This document shows positions 41,333 through 51,029 of a stretch of DNA of 64,000 nucleotides, in pieces (position 1 is the first letter of the stretch; each line of letters opens with the position of its first letter). The notes below the pieces were generated by a model. It was not told the DNA's origin. It was given only the letters and a program-made list of their open reading frames with translations, and made no database searches. The stretch covers positions 7,151 to 71,150 of the forward strand of contig CAMBZU010000005.1 of assembly GCA_945872355.1 (NCBI GenBank), written 5' to 3'. Source of the DNA: Chitinophaga pinensis. GTDB lineage: Bacteria; Bacteroidota; Bacteroidia; UBA4408. The position numbers were made by a program, and so were the translations under genes.

Positions 41333-41443
41333 TTACCTTATTCAATAAATATAAAACAATAACATAGGTTAAGATTATAATAAGTATCAATTCAATTCCT
41401 AAACGTAATGAATATCACCTAAATTTGCACGCAAAATAAAATC

Positions 41444-42796
41444 ATGAAAAAAATATTATTGCTTTTAGCCATCTTATGTGGTCATAGGATATTTGCTCAA
41501 ATTGTGGCTGGTCCTATGCTTGGTTATGTTGAACACAGAGAAGCAGCAGTTTGGATTGAAGTTGATACAAAGGTTGGAAAAATTGGAATTCAGTATTGGC
41601 CCAAGAGCAATCTGTCAAATAAAATTACACTATTCTGTAAACAGGAGCTAAAACATAGAAATAACCCCATCACATTTGTACTGCCCGAGTTGCAAATGAA
41701 TACAATGTATCAATATCAGTTCGAAATTGATGGTAAAGCTGTTTTTCCGTCAAAGATCTATGAATTTAAAACCAAGGATTTGTGGGAGTGGAGAAAGCCA
41801 GCGCCCGATTTTAAATTCTTATATGGTTCATGTGTTTACTTAAATGATTCGCTTTATGATAGACCTGGAAAGCCCTATGGCCAAAACCCAATCATTTTAG
41901 AGAAAATGGCCGACATTGAAGCTGATTTTAATATTTGGGGTGGCGATAATCTTTACTTGCGTGAAGCTGATTATAGCAGTGCTTCTGGAATTCAATACAG
42001 GTATAGTCATGATAGAGCTGCAAAGGAATACCAACGCGTGCTAGCAACCAGGCCAAATTATGCAACTTGGGACGATCACGACTACGGTCCTAACGATGCT
42101 AATAGTTCATTCGATCTAAAAAATGTGACTTACAATTGTTATAAAAATTATTTTCCACAAAGAAATTATGGTAACAATGGTTTAGATGGTATTTATCAAT
42201 CATTCAAATTCAGCGATGCGCAATTTTTTATGATGGATGATAGATTTTATAGGAGCGCCAATGAACTGCCTGATACGCTTAATGGCAAACCCAATGATGA
42301 TAAAGTTTTTTATGGTAAACAACAACTCAATTGGTTAAAAAATGCATTATTGAGCAGCAATGCTGTGTTTAAATTTATTGTAAACGGCGGACAAGTTTTA
42401 AATCCAAATGCCGATAAGGAATGTTTAAGAAGTTATGCCGCGGAGTACAATGAACTCATTGATTTTATTAAAACGAATAAAATTGAGGGTGTTTTGTTTT
42501 TAACTGGCGATAGACACTTTAGCGAAATGCATAAAATTAGTACAGCAGGTTTTTACGATTTGTATGATTTCACTTGCTCGCCAATTACATCAGGTGTTTA
42601 TGCTGTGGATAAAACAAAAGAAAATGTGAATCCTACAAGAGTAGATGGTAGCCTTTTTGTTGGAAATAACTTTGCAAGAATAGGTATTTCGGGCCCTAAA
42701 AACGAGCGCAAAGTATCTTTCGAAATTATTGATCAGCAAGGAGAAAAAAAATGGGAATATATTATTTCTCAAACGCAATTGCGCTTGGCTAAATAA
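41444..42796 (+). CDS. PhoD-like alkaline phosphatase / metallophosphoesterase (secreted)
   Basis: 450 aa; signal peptide; WDDHDYGPND and GDRHFSE metallophosphatase motifs. Confidence 0.8.
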   Translation: MKKILLLLAILCGHRIFAQIVAGPMLGYVEHREAAVWIEVDTKVGKIGIQYWPKSNLSNKITLFCKQELKHRNNPITFVLPELQMNTMYQYQFEIDGKAVFPSKIYEFKTKDLWEWRKPAPDFKFLYGSCVYLNDSLYDRPGKPYGQNPIILEKMADIEADFNIWGGDNLYLREADYSSASGIQYRYSHDRAAKEYQRVLATRPNYATWDDHDYGPNDANSSFDLKNVTYNCYKNYFPQRNYGNNGLDGIYQSFKFSDAQFFMMDDRFYRSANELPDTLNGKPNDDKVFYGKQQLNWLKNALLSSNAVFKFIVNGGQVLNPNADKECLRSYAAEYNELIDFIKTNKIEGVLFLTGDRHFSEMHKISTAGFYDLYDFTCSPITSGVYAVDKTKENVNPTRVDGSLFVGNNFARIGISGPKNERKVSFEIIDQQGEKKWEYIISQTQLRLAK

Positions 42797-42962
42797 TCAT
42801 TTTAACAATGTTTTAATAGGCAAAATTTATAAGCTAAATAAGATAAACCAATAAGCTTTTGTGGAGTAAAAAATTCAAGGTTATGTTAAATTTAATTGAG
42901 ATTTATTACTCCTTAAAATTTAATTAGCACATTGCCAAATCGACACATTGCCTAAATAAAAT

Positions 42963-43934
42963 TTAGTCAAACGACTGATTGTTCTTTGATGCTTGGTCAA
43001 TCATAGCTTGGTATTCAGCAGGTGTAAGGTCGTTATAATAAAAGTTAATCGGATTGATTTTGCTATTGTTTTTGATTACCTCGTAATGTAAATGTGGTGC
43101 GGTGCTCATGCCTGTACTACCTACATAACCAATAATATCGCCTCTTTTAACCTTCTGCCCACGTTTTACAGCAAAACGACTCATGTGGCCGTAAAGTGTT
43201 TTATAGCCGTAATTGTGATTAATAACCACATGGTTGCCATAGCCTTGTGCTAAATTATCTGCAGCTTCAACAATACCATCGCCTGTGGCATAAATTGGTG
43301 AACCTACTGGAGATGAAAAGTCCATGCCAGCATGTAAATGTGTTGTTTTGTATATAGGATGGGTACGATAACCAAAGCCAGAAGTCATGCTTTTTAAGTT
43401 TTTATTACTGATAGGCTGAATGGCTGGAATACTTGCTAACATCACCGATTTATTGTTTGCCAATTTTACAACATCGTCAAATGACTTACTTTGAATATAC
43501 ATTTTCTTGGCAATCTTATCTAAATTTTGTGTGGTCTGAATCAATAAATCGCTATTCATTAATCCTTCTAAATCATTATAACGATCAACGCCACCAAAAC
43601 CTGCATTTCTTATCTCTGCCGGAATTGGCTCTGCTTCAAAAATTACACGATACACATCGTCGTCTCTATGCTCTATGTCGGCAAGCACTAAATTCATTTG
43701 ATTTAAACGATTGTCGAGTATATCATATTGATATTTCATGGCTTCAATTTCTCGTTTCAATTGCTTTTCTTTTGGAGAATCAAAATAAGAATAAGCAAAA
43801 AACATAGTTACCGAGGCAAAGGCCAAACCGGTTACTAAAAAGCCTGCAAAGCGCTTAAATCTATCCCAAAACTTGAGCTGTACCTTTTCATAGGTTAACG
43901 ATTTAGTATTGAAATAGAATTTAATTTTCGACAT
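42963..43934 (-). CDS. M23 family metallopeptidase (membrane-anchored, coiled-coil N-terminus)
   Basis: 323 aa; HxxxD (HLHAGMD) and HLHYEV zinc-binding motifs. Confidence 0.85.
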   Translation of the reverse strand: MSKIKFYFNTKSLTYEKVQLKFWDRFKRFAGFLVTGLAFASVTMFFAYSYFDSPKEKQLKREIEAMKYQYDILDNRLNQMNLVLADIEHRDDDVYRVIFEAEPIPAEIRNAGFGGVDRYNDLEGLMNSDLLIQTTQNLDKIAKKMYIQSKSFDDVVKLANNKSVMLASIPAIQPISNKNLKSMTSGFGYRTHPIYKTTHLHAGMDFSSPVGSPIYATGDGIVEAADNLAQGYGNHVVINHNYGYKTLYGHMSRFAVKRGQKVKRGDIIGYVGSTGMSTAPHLHYEVIKNNSKINPINFYYNDLTPAEYQAMIDQASKNNQSFD

Positions 43935-44115
43935 CTTTTTGATTTATTTTACTTCTTTGTTAGCAAATTTGAACACGAAATTAATCAAATACACTAAATT
44001 TGCAAGCCTTATTTAAAAAGCATCCTCATTTAACCTGTTAATTTAGCAAAAATTAGGATTGAACATTGATTAAGGAAAAAGATTGATAAATAGCTTTTAA
44101 GCATTAAAAATAATT

Positions 44116-46725
44116 ATGGAATCGCGCAAAGTAAGACAAACATTTTTAGATTTTTTTAAGTCGAAAGGACATGAAATAGTGGCTTCAGCTCCTATGGTGG
44201 TAAAAAATGATCCAACCTTGATGTTCAATAATAGTGGGATGGCCCCTTTTAAAGATTTGTTTTTAGGGAATGCCCCAATTAAATTTCCGCGTGTGGCCGA
44301 TACACAGAAATGTTTGCGGGTAAGCGGCAAGCATAACGATTTAGAAGAAGTTGGTGTTGATACCTATCATCATACCATGTTTGAAATGCTTGGCAATTGG
44401 AGCTTTGGCGATTATTTTAAAAAAGATGCCATCTCTTGGGCTTGGGAATTATTGACAGAAGTTTACAAGTTGGATAAAGACAGATTGTACGTGACTGTTT
44501 TTGAAGGCGATGCAAAAGAAGGATTAGCATTTGATCAAGAAGCTTATGATACTTGGGTTCAATTTATTGATCCTAAACGTATTTTAAATGGTAACAAAAA
44601 GGATAACTTTTGGGAAATGGGCGATACCGGGCCTTGTGGACCATGCAGTGAAATTCATGTTGATTTAAGAACTGATGAAGAGCGTAAAAAAATTGATGGT
44701 GCAACCCTTGTGAATAATGATGATCCTCAGGTAATTGAAATTTGGAATAATGTGTTCATGGAGTTTGAGCGCAGAGCAGATGGTAGTTTGGTGAAATTGC
44801 CGAAGCAACATGTAGATACAGGGATGGGCTTTGAGCGCTTATGCAGAGCCATTGATGGCAAGAGAAGTAATTATGATACAGATGTGTTTCAACCATTAAT
44901 TCAGCATGTATCTCAACAATCGGGAAAGGCTTACGGCATTGATGAAAAAACAGATATTGCAATTCGTGTTTTAAGTGATCATATAAGAACTATTTCTTTT
45001 GCAATTGCAGATGGACAATTGCCAAGCAACAATAAAGCAGGTTATGTAATAAGAAGGATTTTAAGAAGGGCGGTTAGATATTACTATACATTTTTAGAGG
45101 TTAAAGAGCCCTTTTTATTTAACATGGTGCCAGTATTGGTGCGTGAAATGGGTGATGTTTTCCCTGAGTTAAAAGCACAACAAGGCTTAATTGAAAATGT
45201 AATTAAGGAAGAAGAAACAGCTTTTTTAAGAACATTAGGAAATGGTATTGTTAGATTTACCAATCATATTAAATCCCTTTCTGGATTAGTGATTGATGGT
45301 GCTTTTGCTTTTGAATTATACGATACTTTCGGTTTTCCAATTGACTTAACAGAGTTGATAGCTAGAGAGCAAAATTTAAGTGTAAACATGGAAGAGTTTA
45401 AGGCTTGCATGGCACAACAAAAAAGCCGTTCTAGATCAGCTGCTGCTGTTGATACAGAAGATTGGGTTGTTTTAGATGCGGCTGCTGAATCGGTTTTTGT
45501 GGGTTACGATTTATTAGAAACAGAAACGGAAATTATTAAGTACCGAAAAGTTAAAACCAAAAACAAAGAGCAATTTCAACTGGTATTAAGTCGCACCCCA
45601 TTTTATGCTGAAAGTGGCGGTCAGGTTGGAGATAAAGGTAAATTGTGGTTTGAAAATGAAGCCATTGAAATTACCGATACCAAAAAAGAAAATGGGATCA
45701 CCATTCACTTTGCAGATAAATTACCAAATGATTTAAGTGTTACCTTTTTAGCTAAAGTAAATGAAGTTGAGCGCGCAGCAACCGAAAATAATCATAGCGC
45801 TACACACTTAATGCATGCAGCTTTGCGTACTATTTTAGGAACGCATGTGGAGCAAAAAGGATCACTGGTTAATGATAAAAATTTGCGTTTCGACTTTTCA
45901 CATTTCTCTAAAGTGAGCAATGAAGAAATTGCTGCCATTGAACAAATGGTTAACAAAAAAATCAGAGAGAATATTGCTTTACAAGTAGAGTTGATGAGTA
46001 TTAATGATGCGCGTAAAACAGGTGCTATGGCTTTGTTTGGTGAGAAATATGGAGAGGTAGTTCGCGTTGTTACTTTCGATAAAAACTATAGTATTGAATT
46101 GTGTGGAGGTACGCATGTAAAGAGTACAGGGCAAATAGGCTTATTTAAAATTGTTTCTGAAGGGGCTGTGGCTGCCGGTGTTAGACGTATTGAAGCCATT
46201 ACTGCCAATGCAGCTGAAGCATATTTTAATTATAATTTGGCTACTTTAAATGCAGTAAAAGAAGCACTTAAAAATCCTAAAGATATAGTTAAAAGTATTG
46301 ATGCTTTGTTAGATGAAAATACCAAGCTAAACAAGCAAATAGAAGCTTTAATGCGCGAAAAAGCAAAGGCAATAAAAAACACTTTGTTAACGAATGTTCA
46401 GCCCGTAAATGGCATAAATTTTATTAGTTCTATCATTGAGTTAAATTCGGCTGATGCAATCAAAGATTTATGTTTTCAATTAAAACAAAGCCCAAATACA
46501 GCCATTGCCTTGGGCACGGTGATGAATGATAAAGCACAATTATTTATTGCTTTAAGCGATGATTTGGTGAATGATAAAAAAATGAGTGCAGCAGCCATAG
46601 TGAAAGAAATCTCAAAGGAAATTAATGGCGGAGGTGGAGGAAGTGCTGCTTTTGCAACAGCTGGTGGAACAAATGTGAGTGGGTTGGAAGGGGCTTTGGC
46701 AGGAGCCAAAAATAAAGTTCAATAA
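44116..46725 (+). CDS. alaS: Alanine--tRNA ligase
   Basis: 869 aa; class II aaRS motifs, editing-domain HxxxH...CGGTH motif, C-terminal DHHA1 GGGGG. Confidence 0.95.
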   Translation: MESRKVRQTFLDFFKSKGHEIVASAPMVVKNDPTLMFNNSGMAPFKDLFLGNAPIKFPRVADTQKCLRVSGKHNDLEEVGVDTYHHTMFEMLGNWSFGDYFKKDAISWAWELLTEVYKLDKDRLYVTVFEGDAKEGLAFDQEAYDTWVQFIDPKRILNGNKKDNFWEMGDTGPCGPCSEIHVDLRTDEERKKIDGATLVNNDDPQVIEIWNNVFMEFERRADGSLVKLPKQHVDTGMGFERLCRAIDGKRSNYDTDVFQPLIQHVSQQSGKAYGIDEKTDIAIRVLSDHIRTISFAIADGQLPSNNKAGYVIRRILRRAVRYYYTFLEVKEPFLFNMVPVLVREMGDVFPELKAQQGLIENVIKEEETAFLRTLGNGIVRFTNHIKSLSGLVIDGAFAFELYDTFGFPIDLTELIAREQNLSVNMEEFKACMAQQKSRSRSAAAVDTEDWVVLDAAAESVFVGYDLLETETEIIKYRKVKTKNKEQFQLVLSRTPFYAESGGQVGDKGKLWFENEAIEITDTKKENGITIHFADKLPNDLSVTFLAKVNEVERAATENNHSATHLMHAALRTILGTHVEQKGSLVNDKNLRFDFSHFSKVSNEEIAAIEQMVNKKIRENIALQVELMSINDARKTGAMALFGEKYGEVVRVVTFDKNYSIELCGGTHVKSTGQIGLFKIVSEGAVAAGVRRIEAITANAAEAYFNYNLATLNAVKEALKNPKDIVKSIDALLDENTKLNKQIEALMREKAKAIKNTLLTNVQPVNGINFISSIIELNSADAIKDLCFQLKQSPNTAIALGTVMNDKAQLFIALSDDLVNDKKMSAAAIVKEISKEINGGGGGSAAFATAGGTNVSGLEGALAGAKNKVQ

Positions 46726-47081
46726 ATTTATTTCACATCGGTATTACATAGGTTTAAGGCAACAATACTCCATCCCTTTTAATTCAGCTTAAAATTTTCA
46801 CTATCATAATGGTGGCAGATTAAAGTTTTTTATAAAAAAAATGTAATCCTTTATGGAATAATTAAAACATCAGCATCTAGCACTAAAACAATGCAGTAAC
46901 AATATGTTAACACAAGCAGAAATAAACCAAAAAAAGTTAATTGACGCTCATTTGAAGCATAAAATAAGGCTTCACAATAATTAAAAACTAAATACGTTTT
47001 GTCAATTGGGAAAAGTTTTAGTAAAATTGCCCCTCTTTTTAAAAAATCAATACAAACTAAAATCAATTAATAAATTAAAAC

Positions 47082-47876
47082 ATGAGCAATCAAAATTCTT
47101 CTTCAGGCGGTTTTAAATCCTTATTTGCATCCTTGGCTATAGTTGTTGCCTTTGCAATAGGTGTGTTAGTGTACGTGGTAGTTTTAGGCGCTGCCAGTAA
47201 TTTTGATGCTGAAGGGCATCCACTGCCAGGTAATTACTTAGGAATGATGTATAAAGGTGGATTTATTGTACCTATCTTGATGGGTATTTTTATTACAATC
47301 GTTATTTTCTCAATTGAAAGAGCCATGACCATTGCGCGTGCAAAAGGAAAAGGAAATATCGAGGGTTTTGTAAGAAACATTAAAAATTTAGTAGCCAGTA
47401 ATCAATTTGATGCTGCTATTGCTGAGTGCGATAAGCAACAAGGTTCTTTAGCCAACGTGGTGCGCGCAGGAATCGAAAAAATTCAATCAATAAAAGGCGA
47501 AACTATGGATAAAGAAAGCCGTGTGGCCGCTATTCAAAAAGAAATTGAAGAAGCTACAGCACTTGAATTACCAATGCTTTCTAAAAACCTAGTTATTATC
47601 TCAACATGCGCTACTATTGCTACATTATGGGGATTAATTGGAACGGTATTAGGTATGATTCGTTCATTTGCAGCATTATCTAATGCAGGTGCACCTGATA
47701 CTACAGCATTGGCTACTGGTATTTCTGAGGCGTTGATCAATACCGCTTTAGGTATTACGGCTTCTGTAATTGGTATCATTATGTACAATTATTTTTCAAC
47801 TAAAATTGATGCTATTACTTACAGTATGGACGAAGCTGGTTTTACCATTGTTCAATCTGTAAACATTAGTAAGTAA
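47082..47876 (+). CDS. exbB: MotA/TolQ/ExbB proton-channel family protein
   Basis: 264 aa; three C-terminal TM helices with conserved ..LGLLGT..G-like region; first gene of exbB-exbD-exbD-tonB. Confidence 0.85.
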   Translation: MSNQNSSSGGFKSLFASLAIVVAFAIGVLVYVVVLGAASNFDAEGHPLPGNYLGMMYKGGFIVPILMGIFITIVIFSIERAMTIARAKGKGNIEGFVRNIKNLVASNQFDAAIAECDKQQGSLANVVRAGIEKIQSIKGETMDKESRVAAIQKEIEEATALELPMLSKNLVIISTCATIATLWGLIGTVLGMIRSFAALSNAGAPDTTALATGISEALINTALGITASVIGIIMYNYFSTKIDAITYSMDEAGFTIVQSVNISK

Positions 47877-47920
47877 TTTAATTAAGTACTTGTTACTTAA
47901 ACAATTTAAAACAAAAGAAC

Positions 47921-48577
47921 ATGCCTAAAATAAAAATGCCGAAGGCAAACCCTTCGCTAGATATGACACCCATGGTGGATTTGGCTTTCCTTTTGGTTAC
48001 CTTTTTTATGCTTACAGCTTCGGTGAGGGTTTCTGAACCTGTGGTGGTTGATACACCATCATCAACTTCAGATAAAATTTTACCTGATAATGTGTTGCTG
48101 GTGAGTATTGATAGGTTTGGTAAAGCATTTTTTAATATCAGTAACCCACAAGTTAGAATCAGCACATTGGATCGCATGGGGGAACAGCATAAAATTAAGT
48201 TTACTGATGAAGAAAAAAAACGCTTTGGAGCCATGACCAGTATAGGTGTGCCAATTGATAAGTTAAAGGAATATATCAAATTAGACGATTCGCAAAGGCA
48301 AAAGGTAAAATCACCGGGAATTCCTGTTGATTCACTTGATAATCAGCTAGGAGAATGGATTCAGTTTGGGCGAATAGAAGCTGCAAAGCAAGCCAGGGGC
48401 GAAAAGGACAAAGCAGAATCTTTGGGCAGAGAATTTAAATATGAGCCCATGCGTTTTGCTATTAAAGCCGATGGAGCCGCTAGTTACATTGCTGTGCAAG
48501 ATATTATTAAAATATTCACTAAAAAAGACATCTATCGCTTTAATTTGATTACCAATCTGGAGCAACCAGAAGAGTAA
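47921..48577 (+). CDS. exbD: Biopolymer transporter ExbD/TolR
   Basis: 218 aa; N-terminal (L)DMTPMVDLAFLLVTFFM TM motif. Confidence 0.85.
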   Translation: MPKIKMPKANPSLDMTPMVDLAFLLVTFFMLTASVRVSEPVVVDTPSSTSDKILPDNVLLVSIDRFGKAFFNISNPQVRISTLDRMGEQHKIKFTDEEKKRFGAMTSIGVPIDKLKEYIKLDDSQRQKVKSPGIPVDSLDNQLGEWIQFGRIEAAKQARGEKDKAESLGREFKYEPMRFAIKADGAASYIAVQDIIKIFTKKDIYRFNLITNLEQPEE

Positions 48578-48617
48578 TTATAAATGATAAGTTTTAACAG
48601 ATTTAAAATATAAATAA

Positions 48618-49259
48618 ATGGCTGAAGTAAATACCGGTGATGGTGGTGGTGGCCACGGTAAACACGATAAAAAACGTGCTAAGAAACTATCCACAAGAAT
48701 TGACATGACACCCATGGTGGATTTGGCTTTTTTGTTGTTGACATTCTTTGTAATGACTTCTACATTTAATAAGGCCAAAACCATGGAAATTAATTTTCCG
48801 GCTGATGAGCCAGATAAAGAGAAGCAACAAAAGGTTAACAATGCGCTTACTTTTATCATGAGTAAAGACAATTCTATTTATTATTATTATGGAGAGTTTT
48901 TTCCTGCAAACAATAAAAATGGCAAGCCCGCAACAGAATTAACTAAAACAGATTTCTCTAAAGATGGTTTGCATAAGCTTTTGTTAGATAAAAATAAGGG
49001 AACTGTTGAAGCAATTAATAAACTTTCTGAGCAACTAAAAATCAGAGAAATTGCAGATACAACTTATAAACGCCTTGCTGTTAATGCCAAAGGCGATAAG
49101 ACCGCTCTAACGGTTTTAATTAAGGCCGATGATAAAGCCGTTTATAAAAATGTAATAGATTTGATTGATGAGTTAAACGTTTGTCAAGTTGGAAAATATG
49201 CTGTAGTAGATATGATGCCAGCAGAGTTTGAATTAGTAACAGCTGCTGGAACGAAGTAA
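48618..49259 (+). CDS. exbD: Biopolymer transporter ExbD/TolR (second copy)
   Basis: 213 aa; IDMTPMVDLAFLLLTFFV motif. Confidence 0.85.
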   Translation: MAEVNTGDGGGGHGKHDKKRAKKLSTRIDMTPMVDLAFLLLTFFVMTSTFNKAKTMEINFPADEPDKEKQQKVNNALTFIMSKDNSIYYYYGEFFPANNKNGKPATELTKTDFSKDGLHKLLLDKNKGTVEAINKLSEQLKIREIADTTYKRLAVNAKGDKTALTVLIKADDKAVYKNVIDLIDELNVCQVGKYAVVDMMPAEFELVTAAGTK

Positions 49260-49284
49260 TTAAAAACGTTAAAAGGATAATAAA

Positions 49285-50106
49285 ATGGCAGAAAATTCGA
49301 TGTTTAGCAATTGGGACAATGTGGTTTCCGATGGCCGTAACGACTTAGTGTTTGAAAACAGACATAAAGACTACGGTGCGTTTGATATCCGCAGAAAGTA
49401 CACCAATGCTGTAAATAAATCATTAATCATTAGTTGTTTATCTTTTGTATTGTTAGTATCAGCACCTAAAATTTATTCATGGATTTCTGCGCAAGGACAA
49501 GATGATAAAGTGGTGGAAATGGATATGACGCAAATTGACTTAGAGGCACCACCTCCAATTGATGAAACTGAACCACCACCCCCGCCGCCACCGCCACCGC
49601 CAGTAATGGAAACAGTGAAGTTTACACCACCTGTGGTAGTTGATGAAGAGGTAATTGAAGAACAACCTATTATTACTCAGGAAACTGAAACCCAAATTTC
49701 AACTGTTACTAATGAAGGAACTGGAAATGAGGAAATAATTATTCCTGATGAAACTGGGAATGGTGCAGTTGCTGAAAATCCTGAAACACCTTTTGTATCA
49801 GTAGAAGAAATGCCAACTTTCCCTGGTGGAGAAGAAGCGCTTTTTAAGTATTTAGGTAAAAATATTAATTATCCAGCCATGGAAAAAGATGCCGGAATAT
49901 CAGGTACTGTATATGTTTACTTTGTAATTAATAAAGAAGGAAAAGTATCTAGTGCCGAAGTTAAAAGAGGTGTAAAAGGTGGGCCAGGTTTAGATAAAGA
50001 AGCTTTACGTGTAATTAAAAACATGCCAGGTTGGAGTATTGGTAAACAAAACGGACGACCAGCAGTTGTGCAGTTTACCTTGCCAGTTAAGTTTGTATTA
50101 AAATAA
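49285..50106 (+). CDS. tonB: Energy transducer TonB
   Basis: 273 aa; TM anchor, poly-Pro spacer (EPPPPPPPPPPV), C-terminal TonB domain (FPGGEEAL..YL....YP..E...G..G.V.V.F.I...G). Confidence 0.8.
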   Translation: MAENSMFSNWDNVVSDGRNDLVFENRHKDYGAFDIRRKYTNAVNKSLIISCLSFVLLVSAPKIYSWISAQGQDDKVVEMDMTQIDLEAPPPIDETEPPPPPPPPPPVMETVKFTPPVVVDEEVIEEQPIITQETETQISTVTNEGTGNEEIIIPDETGNGAVAENPETPFVSVEEMPTFPGGEEALFKYLGKNINYPAMEKDAGISGTVYVYFVINKEGKVSSAEVKRGVKGGPGLDKEALRVIKNMPGWSIGKQNGRPAVVQFTLPVKFVLK

Positions 50107-50127
50107 CTAATTATAAAAATTATGAGC

Positions 50128-50159
50128 AGCGCAAAGCCATTGGTTTTGCGCTTTTTTTA
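50128..50159 (+). terminator. Rho-independent terminator of the exbBD-tonB operon
   Basis: agcgcaaa-N9-tttgcgct stem + T7. Confidence 0.6.
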
Positions 50160-50229
50160 TTTATAAGTATGCAACAAATAATTTTTAAAACGCTGTTGCA
50201 TTTGTAATACACTGAATAAATACTTATTC

Positions 50230-50748
50230 TTGCATAACAAAGTGAAAAAAGCATTTACATATTTATTTTTAGTGTTTCTGCTCTTCAATTATAGCAGTTC
50301 AATGTTACTATTAAAGCTCTGTCAATTGCAAGCTAAATACGAGATGTCGCAAAAATTGAAGTTGCAACAAAATACAGAACGTATTGTGCTTCATAAAAAC
50401 TTCTTTAAACAGCGTTTAAAACCCGGAAGCGAGATTGACTTGTGCAATAAGCGTTTTGACGTAGTAAATGCATCTTACGCTACCGACAGCGTTTATATTG
50501 ATGCTATTAATGATGTTAAGGAGAAAGGAATCTTACAATGTATTGGCAAATTTATGCATCAGCAAAATAAACACCACCAAGATCCTTTAAAATTAAGCAC
50601 CTTAAGTTTATTAATTTTTCAAGCCACTTTGCCAGAAAAAATTACTTTAGTGGTTCATGCAAGTAACATATCAAATGCGTATTGTGATATTACTTTTTGC
50701 ATTAATAAAATCGATAAGCAATTAGCAACTCCTCCTCCTAGGTTTTAG
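50230..50748 (+). CDS. Hypothetical membrane-anchored protein
   Basis: 172 aa; N-terminal hydrophobic segment; no motif; sits between the tonB operon and the TonB-dependent receptor. Confidence 0.35.
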   Translation: MHNKVKKAFTYLFLVFLLFNYSSSMLLLKLCQLQAKYEMSQKLKLQQNTERIVLHKNFFKQRLKPGSEIDLCNKRFDVVNASYATDSVYIDAINDVKEKGILQCIGKFMHQQNKHHQDPLKLSTLSLLIFQATLPEKITLVVHASNISNAYCDITFCINKIDKQLATPPPRF

Positions 50749-50872
50749 GATACACCTAAATCCAAATCCGTATTTACTAGCCTTCCTCGGCTTCATACCG
50801 AACTGATGATTTGAGTCTTCGCTGCTCTTTAATGGCATCCGCATGGTTCTATTTTGAAATTCAAAATAAGCT

Positions 50873-50895
50873 GTTATCAATTGATATTATTGAAA
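50873..50895 (+). promoter_or_regulatory. Candidate Fur-box-like palindrome upstream of the TonB-dependent receptor
   Basis: TGTTATCAATTGATATTATTG resembles the GATAATGATAATCATTATC consensus (near-palindrome TTATCAATTGATA), 135 bp upstream of the ATG. Confidence 0.3.
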
Positions 50896-51029
50896 AACCA
50901 TGTTGACGAATAATCTCTAATACTTAATTTGGGGGATAAACTCAAAGTAGAAACACAAATTATTTTTATTCAAAATTGCTTTTACAGTGATATTTAAAGC
51001 TGTAAAACTCATTATTATATTACAATCAT

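Noticed and set aside
42797-42962. Terminator between the convergent PhoD-like and M23 genes
   Set aside because: Only a weak 7-bp stem (GGAGTAA...TTACTCC) with a ~40-nt loop and no clear U-tract. It is not convincing enough to annotate.
50749-51029. TPP or cobalamin riboswitch upstream of the TonB-dependent receptor
   Set aside because: No CUGAGA / ACCUGAUCUGGAUAAUGCCAGCG (TPP) or B12-box sequences are present. The receptor has heme-type FRAP/NPNL boxes instead.
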